From Candidatus Heimdallarchaeota archaeon B3_Heim (GTDB lineage: Archaea > Asgardarchaeota > Heimdallarchaeia > Hodarchaeales > Hodarchaeaceae): a DNA stretch of 32,000 nt. The stretch spans positions 161,902 to 193,901 of the forward strand of contig NJBF01000001.1 in the NCBI GenBank assembly GCA_003144275.1, written 5' to 3'. The number at the start of each line of letters is the position of its first letter. The first letter of the stretch is position 1. Position numbers and translations under genes: made by a program. The notes beneath the pieces were generated by a model. The model did no database searches. It was not told the DNA's origin and saw nothing but the letters and a program-made list of their open reading frames with translations. This document shows positions 7,643 to 16,240 of the stretch, piece by piece.

Positions 7643-8746
7643 ATGCGAATAATAAAATCTGACTTGCGTACAAATCAAGTAATTATTCGAGCTGAGTCTC
7701 CAACTGACTTATACATTTTGTCAACGATAATTGTCAATGGAGACAAAGTAATCGCTAAAACTTCTCGCCGTATCCGACGAACGGGAAGCGAAAGCAGATC
7801 GGGAGATGAAAGTCAACGCATTACAATGATTATTGGTATTGAAGTAGAAGGACAAAATTTTCAAGAAAGTGTCGCAAGTAATAGGTTACGAATCAAAGGA
7901 ACAATATTCAAGGGACCTGAACAGCATGTATCTATTGGTTCTTATCATACGATAAATGTTGGACTGTCAGATACAATAAGTGTTTTTAAAGCTGAATGGT
8001 CTCGGTATTATCTGAAAATCTTAGAAGATGCAGAAAACGCATCAAAAAAGCCGAAAATTGGGTTGCTAGCAGTGGATAACAATGAGGTCTGCATCGGAAT
8101 ATTGGATAATTATCAACTTAATGTTTTATTTCAAGAAAAATCAGGGGTTAGTCGAAAACATTCAAAAGCAAAAGTGAGGAAGGAGCAATCAAGTAGTTTT
8201 TTTGAAACAATAACACAAGTCATACAACGCAGTATCTTGCCCGAAACAAAGAACATACTCATAGGAGGACCAGGATTCGTTAAAGAACGATTAGCCGATC
8301 ATCTTAGGAACTCCATGCCTAAGGAAAATCTCAACATTGTAATTGGGAGTTCATTAAGCGGAGGAAATCGCATTGGTTTATTCGAGCTCATGAAATCAGA
8401 AGCTCTTGACAAATTAGCTAAAGATTTTCAAATCCTCGAGGAGCGACGAGACATCGATGAGTTTCTAGGAAGAATAAGCAAGGGAACAGGAGATGTCGCA
8501 TATGGTTATACTCATATTAATCAAATTGCGGAGACAGGAGTTATTGAAACAATCTTGATGATGGATTCTTATCTTCATGGAACTAATCAGGCTTCAGCCA
8601 CAGATATACAAAAATTACTAACAATGATAGAGCAGATGAAGGGAAAAATAGTAATAATTTCCTCACAAAGTGAGGCCGCATCCCAATTAAAGACATTTGG
8701 GGGAATTATTGCCCTCCTCCGTTATGCCCTCCGTTGGGAATCTTAG
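7643..8746 (+). CDS. pelA: Pelota/Dom34 ribosome rescue factor
   Basis: eRF1-like three-domain protein: DLYILSTII…GDKV, RLRIKG, GSYHTINV, GGPGFVK and C-terminal FGGIIALLRY. No GGQ motif. Confidence 0.93.
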   Translation: MRIIKSDLRTNQVIIRAESPTDLYILSTIIVNGDKVIAKTSRRIRRTGSESRSGDESQRITMIIGIEVEGQNFQESVASNRLRIKGTIFKGPEQHVSIGSYHTINVGLSDTISVFKAEWSRYYLKILEDAENASKKPKIGLLAVDNNEVCIGILDNYQLNVLFQEKSGVSRKHSKAKVRKEQSSSFFETITQVIQRSILPETKNILIGGPGFVKERLADHLRNSMPKENLNIVIGSSLSGGNRIGLFELMKSEALDKLAKDFQILEERRDIDEFLGRISKGTGDVAYGYTHINQIAETGVIETILMMDSYLHGTNQASATDIQKLLTMIEQMKGKIVIISSQSEAASQLKTFGGIIALLRYALRWES

Positions 8747-8881
8747 TAAGAATCACAAGTTTCATTGATCACACCTAAAAAATCAAATATTCATTCCTAT
8801 GTGCACATTATTAGTAGCTACTACTGACACTATGAGAGAATGTAAGATTCTACCTCAAATAAATCACCATCAGGGACTTCT

Positions 8882-10102
8882 ATGGACTCGTTAACATTTA
8901 TCATCTTAATCGGATTTGTTTGGATCGTATTAACTGGAATTTCAAGAATTTCATGGTTCAATGTGACTAATCCAGAAATTGGTCTAGGCTTTGCTTACTA
9001 TCGTACAACTAGATTAAATGCTATGATTTCGAAAATAGGCGAGCGTGGGAAAATATTTTGGAAGCTTCTCTGGGACATAGGTATAATAGCTGGTTTAGGC
9101 ATCCTATTCATAGGACTCATTGTATTTTCTATCAATATCATTACATTTTTTATTAAATTTTTACTTCCTAAATCGAGTAATGTTACTCCAATAGCCATCA
9201 CTCCTGTAATCCCAGGGATTACTGTCTCATTTGCGTCATTACCGTACTTCATTGTAGCAATCATGATCGGGGCCATTGTTCATGAGTTTGCACATGGTAT
9301 TGCTGCAATAAATGAAAAAGTTTCGTTGAAAAGTACAGGAATCTTCGTTTTTCTCCTATTTTTTGGAGCATTTGTTGAACCAGAAGAAGAGAAGATTCTT
9401 AAAGCCTCAAGTCGTTCAAAAATGAGAATTATGGCAGCAGGGGGCTTAGCGAACATGATAGTTGCCGTTTTTTTTCTCCTCGTACTTTTACTCCCGATGG
9501 GATTTCCATTCTTAATTTCTCCCTTCTATGAAACTGAATCTACTGGGGCTCTTATTGTCAATACGGTGTCAGGGACGCCTGCAAGACAAGAAGGGATACA
9601 AACAGGCTTTGTTTTAATTGGAGTAGAGAGTGAATTAGGCTATTTTTCCATAAATTCGGCTTCAGATTTTACGTCTTTTGTACAGGCTGAGGTTTACATC
9701 AACCAAAGTTTAGCGTTTCATTTTGCTGGGAACATTGATCCAATATCTTTGAAAACTATGAATAAATCAATAATCACAGATAAATCAATCGATAACACCA
9801 CCGGTTTTATTGGAATAGCTACTTGGGATTATAATGAACCCAAATTTTTATCCGATATTGTATTCATTCGATTAGTTCCTTACTGGTTATTTTATACTAT
9901 CCTATACACTTTCATGGTAAATTTGATGTTAGCATTAATGAATTTATTACCTGTACCGTTCTTAGATGGGGATAAATTACTTGCAGCATTTCTTGGAGAG
10001 AATAATCAGACTCTACATAAATGGGTCAAGTACTTCGCACTTACGGTTCTCGTCTCAAATTTAGCTCTTTCGTTCTTATTTATGGGATGGCAGCAGATCT
10101 AG
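8882..10102 (+). CDS. Site-2 (M50) intramembrane metalloprotease with PDZ-like insertion
   Basis: HEFAH zinc motif, AAGGLAN and NLLPVPFLDG. Several hydrophobic segments and a soluble insert. Confidence 0.9.
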   Translation: MDSLTFIILIGFVWIVLTGISRISWFNVTNPEIGLGFAYYRTTRLNAMISKIGERGKIFWKLLWDIGIIAGLGILFIGLIVFSINIITFFIKFLLPKSSNVTPIAITPVIPGITVSFASLPYFIVAIMIGAIVHEFAHGIAAINEKVSLKSTGIFVFLLFFGAFVEPEEEKILKASSRSKMRIMAAGGLANMIVAVFFLLVLLLPMGFPFLISPFYETESTGALIVNTVSGTPARQEGIQTGFVLIGVESELGYFSINSASDFTSFVQAEVYINQSLAFHFAGNIDPISLKTMNKSIITDKSIDNTTGFIGIATWDYNEPKFLSDIVFIRLVPYWLFYTILYTFMVNLMLALMNLLPVPFLDGDKLLAAFLGENNQTLHKWVKYFALTVLVSNLALSFLFMGWQQI

Positions 10103-10299
10103 ACTAAAACTACCCTGAGGTTGCAAATTCAATTTGGAGAAGGGAAGAAATTCCATTAAAATAAAATTTTGCCCTCTAGAATTTAGAATTAGATACACGG
10201 GGAGATTTTCGACAAGTATCACTACTTCAATCCGCAATTTTATAAACAGAAGAATCCAAGATGTAAACACAGAACGACAATTTAGAAGCTCGTATGTAA

Positions 10300-10902
10300 G
10301 TGGAGAGTACTATTTTGGCACTAGATGACGGATTATTTATCTTAGTAGATTGGAACTTTCTCCTCCTGATAATGGGAGGCTGTGTAGCTGCCTCATGGTT
10401 ATTGATTCGATTATCTTCAGTATCTGACTCAGAAGAAATTGTTTCTTTAGCAGAGAAAGTAGCTATATTAGGATTCCCAGTTGGAGTTATCTCTCTTTTG
10501 ATGATCGGAGCTGCATTTTATCTTGATTCGCAACCGATCGGTCTACCAGCTTCTTTTGATTTGATAACCCTTATCTGTTTCGGAGTATTGGGACTTGTCC
10601 TTATTCTGAGACCGATAAAAAATTTTAGGTTCGGAACTTTTCTATCATTAGGATTAGGATTGTTTGGAGCTGCTATTCTAGTTTTTTTAGGAGCAAATCA
10701 AGTCAAAATTATGGCAGGAGTCTTTATAATCATATTTTTAGTAATCTATGGATCAATAAAGATGGTTGAGGACTTATATTTGCTGATCGCAGAAATACTC
10801 TCAAATCCCATGATATCAGTAACAGTTGGAGTAATCTGTATCATTCAGGGATTATTACAACTTTTGAGTTTTTCATTAGCGAATTTTCTTTTCTTTATCT
10901 AA
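10300..10902 (+). CDS. Hypothetical multi-pass membrane protein
   Basis: 200-aa ORF made largely of hydrophobic segments. The start codon is uncertain. Confidence 0.7.
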   Translation: MESTILALDDGLFILVDWNFLLLIMGGCVAASWLLIRLSSVSDSEEIVSLAEKVAILGFPVGVISLLMIGAAFYLDSQPIGLPASFDLITLICFGVLGLVLILRPIKNFRFGTFLSLGLGLFGAAILVFLGANQVKIMAGVFIIIFLVIYGSIKMVEDLYLLIAEILSNPMISVTVGVICIIQGLLQLLSFSLANFLFFI

Positions 10903-10992
10903 GAACAATAGAATGCTCAAAACCAGGTATATAATTAAGTGCTAATGAATGATGAAGATTCAAATAAAACCATTAAGTTTAATTCAAAGATT

Positions 10993-11496
10993 TTATTGAA
11001 TTTCAATTCTCACTGGGTTTTTAGAGATTAATTTTGCAATTTGCTCTAGTTGATTCAAGGGAAACCTTAAATCATCAGGATTTCCACTCAATGTGATTCT
11101 CAACTCAACATCGCCTTCTGGTGGTACGAAGATCTGATCAATTTCTATAATATCCAGAGGGGCAAAGAATTGAGAAAAAGTGGTTCGTGTATCCCCTTTT
11201 CTTTCCACTATTTCAATAGGTTGTCTTAGTTCACTTTCTAAATAATCAAGAATCTCCTGATTCTCGAGCAGTACATTTCCATTTCTAGTTAAGAGTACTA
11301 CTGAGCCATTCATCTTATGTGCTCTTTCAAAAGTCACGTTTTGTAATTGTTTGGCATATCGGAGTTCAATTTTAGCAAATGCTTTCGAGATCTCTATATC
11401 TAACTGATTGATTTTCTTTTTACGGAGTTTTTGTTTACATTTCTTACATAGCACTCCAGTTTTCGCACAAAAATTGCATATGGGAGTATTAACCAC
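10993..11496 (-). CDS. NusA-like KH-domain protein with N-terminal Cys4 zinc finger
   Basis: TPICNFC…VLCKKC…INQLDIEIS pattern of the archaeal NusA-like family, followed by KH-like segments. Confidence 0.7.
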   Translation of the reverse strand: MVNTPICNFCAKTGVLCKKCKQKLRKKKINQLDIEISKAFAKIELRYAKQLQNVTFERAHKMNGSVVLLTRNGNVLLENQEILDYLESELRQPIEIVERKGDTRTTFSQFFAPLDIIEIDQIFVPPEGDVELRITLSGNPDDLRFPLNQLEQIAKLISKNPVRIEIQ

Positions 11497-11605
11497 TTAA
11501 TTTGCCTCTGTTAGTACATATATTATTCATCTTTGAATTTAAATAACTAATTCTCTTAATTATCTGTCGTTTAATAATTCATTTTTGCAGATATGAGATT
11601 TTTTT

Positions 11606-12532
11606 TCATATTAGGTTATTTAATACCGCTGCGACTGTATGTAATCGGTTTTCTGCTTCGTCAAATACAACAGAATGACTGCCATACATGACATCATCAG
11701 TAACCTCTTCTTTATGGCGTGGTAGACAATGCATAAAGATATAATCCTTTGCCGCACGGTCAATTAATTCCTCATTGACTTGAAAACCTTCAAATTTTTT
11801 CAGTTTCATTTTTGTCTCTGCTTCTTGCCCCATAGAAATGAAAGTATCAGTAACGACAACTTTTGCGTTTTCAACAGCAGCGATTGGATCATGTGTCACT
11901 ACTATCTGATCTGGAAAGGAGGCATTTGATTTACAATATTCGATTATACTTTTTTCTGGCATATAATCAATGGGAGTTGCTATATCCATCTGCATGCCCA
12001 TTTTAATTGAAGCTATCATCAAAGTATGGCACACATTGTTGCCATCACCTACCCAAGCAATTTTAACATCTTTCAATGTACCTAAATGTTCCTCTATGGT
12101 AAGTATATCCGCTAATCCCTGTAAAGGGTGGAACTGATCAGATAAGGCATTGATTACAGGTACATTTGCGTGTTTTGCAAGACTTTCCACGGTATCATGC
12201 GCGTATACACGAGCTAATACTGCCGAAACCATTCGTCCTAGAACTATTGCTGTATCGGATAATGATTCATTCACTCCTAGTTGTATATCGTCTTTCCCAA
12301 GAAAAAGAGCATGCCCACCGAGTTCAGCCATAGCTGTCTCTGTTGATACTCGTGTTCTTGTAGATCTTTTCTGGAAAATCATACCAAGCGTCTTGCCTTT
12401 TAATGGTTGACTTTGAATGAAATTTTGCCTATTTTGCTTGAAATCTTTTGCTTCATCTAATAAAAATCGAATTTCTTTCGCATTTAGATCTAAAAGCGTT
12501 AATAATGATCTACCTTTCATTTGAATTCCCAT
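11606..12532 (-). CDS. argF: Ornithine carbamoyltransferase
   Basis: KRSTRT carbamoyl-phosphate motif, HPLQ, GDGNNV, TDTFISMG, HCLP and EAENR. Confidence 0.96.
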   Translation of the reverse strand: MGIQMKGRSLLTLLDLNAKEIRFLLDEAKDFKQNRQNFIQSQPLKGKTLGMIFQKRSTRTRVSTETAMAELGGHALFLGKDDIQLGVNESLSDTAIVLGRMVSAVLARVYAHDTVESLAKHANVPVINALSDQFHPLQGLADILTIEEHLGTLKDVKIAWVGDGNNVCHTLMIASIKMGMQMDIATPIDYMPEKSIIEYCKSNASFPDQIVVTHDPIAAVENAKVVVTDTFISMGQEAETKMKLKKFEGFQVNEELIDRAAKDYIFMHCLPRHKEEVTDDVMYGSHSVVFDEAENRLHTVAAVLNNLI

Positions 12533-12564
12533 AATGCATTACTTTCCTATTATAATTTGATATC

Positions 12565-12849
12565 TCATCCACCGTGAATTACAGGGATGAAAGTAAGTTT
12601 ATCTCCTTGCTGTAGCGGAGAATCCATACCTCTTAATACAGAAATATCTTGTTCATTGATAAAAACAAGGACTGATCTTGTCGATTCATAGGAGTCTGTG
12701 AAAAATTTGCTCAATTCCTTATATTTTGGTAGTGCCGAAAGTTCCTGAACAGCAGATTTTACAGATGCCTCTTCTTTGAAATTATATGTTAGTTCCATTT
12801 GACCCAAATCGTATTGCAACGAACCAAGAAAAACTAAAAGGATTTTCAT
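12565..12849 (-). CDS. Ubiquitin-like beta-grasp protein (Urm1/SAMP/MoaD-like)
   Basis: 94 aa, VLVFINEQDI…LQQGDKLTFIPVIHGG, ending in a di-glycine. Confidence 0.88.
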   Translation of the reverse strand: MKILLVFLGSLQYDLGQMELTYNFKEEASVKSAVQELSALPKYKELSKFFTDSYESTRSVLVFINEQDISVLRGMDSPLQQGDKLTFIPVIHGG

Positions 12850-12876
12850 TCTATTATCAGTCCGCTTATGATTAGA

Positions 12877-12978
12877 TGCGCCAACCGGGATTTTCAGAAC
12901 TTCTCGAGAGAGATTTTCATTTGAACCCGGGCTATCACCTTGGGAGGGTGAAGTCCTACCAGACTAGACTATCGGCGC
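12877..12978 (-). tRNA. tRNA-Gly(CCC) with a 29-nt intron at position 59/60 (intron 12891-12919)
   Basis: Acceptor GCGCCGA/TTGGCGC, D stem GTCT/GGAC, anticodon arm TCACC-CTCCCAA-GGTGA, T stem CCGGG/CCCGG. Removing the insert gives a 73-nt cloverleaf. CCA is not encoded. Confidence 0.93.
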
Positions 12979-13042
12979 CTGAATCAGTATCTCAGGATAC
13001 TACTAAAGTCCAATTAATAGCATTCTCTTTATTGTTTTTTAT

Positions 13043-13786
13043 TTATCGGAAGACGTCGTTTTCTGGTTCACGTATCAATTCACGGGCAGAATTATCATTG
13101 ATTGAATAGTCGACCCCTCTCACGATAATAACTGGTGTTCCTTCATCAGCTTGCCCCATAACTATTCCTGCAGCTGCAGCTACTTCATCAACTCTTGCTA
13201 TAATTGTAGATCTTAGTTCATAACCAAATAAATCTGTCTTTCCACGAATATCTTCAAGTGAGTTAATACCTGCTAGGCCAATGGCAAAATTAACTGTACC
13301 GACTCTCAAAGGACGCCCAAAAGTGTCAGAAATAATTACCGCAACATTCTTATGTAATTTTTCTTTGATTTCATCTCTAATTTGACGGGCAGAAAAATCA
13401 GGATCATCTGGAAGGGAAATAACAGTGTCTCCAGGGGTATTAGATTTATCTATTCCACTATTCGCACAAATGAATCCATGATGGGTTGCAGTTATCAAGA
13501 CTTTTTCATTCATCCTGATTATTTCACTGCTCTCACGTAGAATAACTTCAATTTTTCGCGGATCCTTTCCTTGCATCCTACCAATCTGAAGAGCAAAAGG
13601 ACTGGGAGTAATCAGATTCAGATCATATACTTTATTCTCCGATTTTGAGAGAATGGTATGCGCAATTACAATGATATCTCTATTCTGTAAATCTATCTTA
13701 CGTAGCTCTTCTACAATTATCTCTGTTAATGAATCGCCAGGATTTATAAGTGGAAAATTTCTCAAAGGAAATATAGTTATCTTCAT
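13043..13786 (-). CDS. cofE: Coenzyme F420-0:L-glutamate ligase
   Basis: PLINPGDSL, ILSKSE, GFICANSGIDKSN, LPDDPDFSA, IISDTFGRPLRVG and VMGQADEGTPVIIVRG. Confidence 0.94.
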   Translation of the reverse strand: MKITIFPLRNFPLINPGDSLTEIIVEELRKIDLQNRDIIVIAHTILSKSENKVYDLNLITPSPFALQIGRMQGKDPRKIEVILRESSEIIRMNEKVLITATHHGFICANSGIDKSNTPGDTVISLPDDPDFSARQIRDEIKEKLHKNVAVIISDTFGRPLRVGTVNFAIGLAGINSLEDIRGKTDLFGYELRSTIIARVDEVAAAAGIVMGQADEGTPVIIVRGVDYSINDNSARELIREPENDVFR

Positions 13787-13898
13787 TGGTGTTCAATTCC
13801 ATTAAAAAGGAAAATCAGCCTCAGACCGCTCATCGCTCTTCATATTGGTAATCTGTACCTTTTAGCTAATCATCACTGGCTAAATTTTTTCAGTCCTA

Positions 13899-14648
13899 TT
13901 ATACTCCAAATTCAGATGGACGAATTTTTACCTGCTCGGTCAGGTCTTCTAAAAGCATTTTTACTTTTTCTGTTTGAGTCGTACTCCCCACTTTGACATA
14001 TTTTTCATGAGCCTTAACTAAAAGATCTATTGCTTCTTTCATGTTTTCTCTTGCGCTAATGAGTGATTTAGCACGACTATATAACGCAAGAGCCTCATAT
14101 CGAGTTGCGTCTTCCCTACCCTTCTTGAATTCCTCAACAGCTCTTTCTAAATAGTACGCTTTGTCAAAATCTGATTCCATGGCTGCAGCGCGTTGTACAA
14201 AAGAACGGGCGCGTGCCTTTGCAGCTTCCAATTCAAGTCCAGTTGTCGAATAAAGCGCACCCGCAGATTCAAATAAACGAGCAGATTCAATAAATTCACC
14301 ATTTTTTGCCTTAAGAATCGCTAATTCACCTTGAGTCTGAGCTTGAACCGTTCTTGCGTGTTTGGCCTCGTCTAAAAAACCCTCTGTCGAAAAAATTACG
14401 TTGGCTTTTCCAAAAGAGCGAATTGCTTTCAAAAAATTCGTTTCAATCATATCAGTGTACCCATATGCACAGAGTCTGAACGCTTCGGCTCTTTTACTCA
14501 ACTTTTTTTCATCCCCATCGTGGAAAAACTTTGAAGATCTCTTAAAATTCTCAACAGCCTCCTTATATCGTTGAGTTTCATAATAAGCCATGCCTTGATC
14601 GAACTGTTTTTGACCTTTCTTAATTTTACTTCCCTTGAATAATACCAT
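13899..14648 (-). CDS. TPR/helical-repeat protein
   Basis: Repeated helical pattern (e.g. GMAYYETQRYKEAVENFKRS, AARLFESAGALY). ATG at 14648 is preferred. Confidence 0.75.
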   Translation of the reverse strand: MVLFKGSKIKKGQKQFDQGMAYYETQRYKEAVENFKRSSKFFHDGDEKKLSKRAEAFRLCAYGYTDMIETNFLKAIRSFGKANVIFSTEGFLDEAKHARTVQAQTQGELAILKAKNGEFIESARLFESAGALYSTTGLELEAAKARARSFVQRAAAMESDFDKAYYLERAVEEFKKGREDATRYEALALYSRAKSLISARENMKEAIDLLVKAHEKYVKVGSTTQTEKVKMLLEDLTEQVKIRPSEFGV

Positions 14649-14920
14649 TAAAAGTAACTCCACAAATAAAGTAAAGCCCATAATAAGTGCTAATAATCAC
14701 AGAATAATTATTACTGAAGATTATTTCTCTTCAATAATCCCGTCAAACATAATAATGATTAATTTTTCTAATAAAGCTTCGCAAAGAGAATTTGAAAATT
14801 ATTAACAAAATTTTCTTTTTGGATTTATATATAGATTCTTGGAAAACTTAAAGAAATTTTGTAAAATGCCTATATGAAGAAGGAAGTACAATCATTTTCT
14901 TTTCAACATGACTAAATTTG

Positions 14921-16186
14921 TCAGACAACTTTGGAAATAAAGTTCTGGACAGGATGAGTCACATATCCGCTATCCGGCAGGCCCGACACCATAAAAGGTG
15001 TAGGAACCATAGGGACTACTTTAAACTTACATATATACCGTTGAAGAATATTCCGAGCCGCATTGTAATCTGCATTCAGGAAAAACCCACACGCTCGACA
15101 TACGAAGCACCCGCGAGATTTACGATTGCGTTTATCTACACACCCACATTGACTACATTGTTGGGAGGTATAAGCTTCGTCCACACGGACTACAGTCATC
15201 CCAACAAGTTTAGCTTTATATTCGAGCATTTTAACGAATTGAAGAAACGGAAGGTGAACAAAAGACTGGTTAGTTCGCTTTCCTAAGTTACAGTGTTGTT
15301 TCCACAGAGGATTATAGCCAATGATTAGTGTATCAATATTTTGCTGCACACAGTAGGAGATAATCTGCCGAGAGGTTTGATGAAAGACATCACGGAGCCT
15401 ATTCGTCCGAACACGCGAGAGGCGTTGAATCCGACGGGTAGTAACCTGTTGCTTGTGAATGGTAGCTAACGACCGATAATGGGCAAGTTGTTTATTATAC
15501 CACTGATTAATTGCCTTAACTACCCCGCCTTTGACGAGTAACCCGTCTGACGAAGTTACGAGGTTGTTAAGGCTGAGATCTAGCCCCATCGCACGAGGAG
15601 GGGAATCAGAGGTGGGAAAGTGTTGTACTTGCACTTCATACAGAATTTCTACCACAAATCGATCATAAAACGGAACTAAACGGGCACCGACACAGGTCTC
15701 GGCAGTAAGAGGCAGTGTTCCCAGCAGGAAGGTGGGAAACCCGCGAAGCATGAGATTTCGAGCAAACAGAATCTGGTTCTCACGGATTCGGACCCGAGGG
15801 CGGGGAAAGTTCAACATATGGAGCCCATTTTTGGGTTTATACCCTGGGATTCGGGGGCGACTCTGAAACTTGGTTGGATCTTTCTTCCACGCTTTTAACC
15901 CATTAAAAAAGCTCCGCCAGGTTTGTTCTACCTGCCGTAGAACTTGTTGGGGAAGGTAACTATCGGAGAGGGTTTTTAAGGCTAAATACACGGGTTCGGC
16001 CTTAAGCTGATGATACAGGGTGGTATATTGCACCCATTTACCTGTCTGAAAGAATGTTTGTCGGACCACATATGTTGCCCGATTGTACAGATTCTTTGCA
16101 CACGCACACAAATCGGTGAAAATTGGCCGTGGTTTCATTTGAATTCGGATGGCCAACTGTGGATGAGGGTGTTTTTTGGTACGCAT
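14921..16186 (-). CDS. tnpB: RNA-guided endonuclease TnpB (InsQ/IS200-IS605/IS607 OrfB family)
   Basis: AKNLYN…QQVLRQV, RuvC-I GLDLSLNN, IIGYN, VDEAYTS, zinc finger CSQC/CRAC and RuvC-III NADYNAARNI. Confidence 0.95.
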   Translation of the reverse strand: MRTKKHPHPQLAIRIQMKPRPIFTDLCACAKNLYNRATYVVRQTFFQTGKWVQYTTLYHQLKAEPVYLALKTLSDSYLPQQVLRQVEQTWRSFFNGLKAWKKDPTKFQSRPRIPGYKPKNGLHMLNFPRPRVRIRENQILFARNLMLRGFPTFLLGTLPLTAETCVGARLVPFYDRFVVEILYEVQVQHFPTSDSPPRAMGLDLSLNNLVTSSDGLLVKGGVVKAINQWYNKQLAHYRSLATIHKQQVTTRRIQRLSRVRTNRLRDVFHQTSRQIISYCVQQNIDTLIIGYNPLWKQHCNLGKRTNQSFVHLPFLQFVKMLEYKAKLVGMTVVRVDEAYTSQQCSQCGCVDKRNRKSRGCFVCRACGFFLNADYNAARNILQRYICKFKVVPMVPTPFMVSGLPDSGYVTHPVQNFISKVV

Positions 16187-16225
16187 TCCCACCTCATTGT
16201 GAGTCCTCGTGTTTATAACTTTACA

Positions 16226-16240
16226 AGAGAGAGAGAGAGA
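16226..16240. repeat. (AG)7 dinucleotide microsatellite
   Basis: AGAGAGAGAGAGAGA read directly, upstream of tnpB. Confidence 0.9.

Noticed and set aside
10949-10955. Isolated ATGATGA box C-like heptamer
   Set aside because: No downstream CTGA at guide distance. Expected by chance in AT-rich DNA.
12876-13109. 77-aa plus-strand ORF
   Set aside because: It is antisense to tRNA-Gly and the cofE 3' end.
13899-14648. Alpha-SNAP (eukaryotic signature) identity for the TPR protein
   Set aside because: The helical repeats are generic, and I saw no SNAP-specific motif such as the C-terminal DL.
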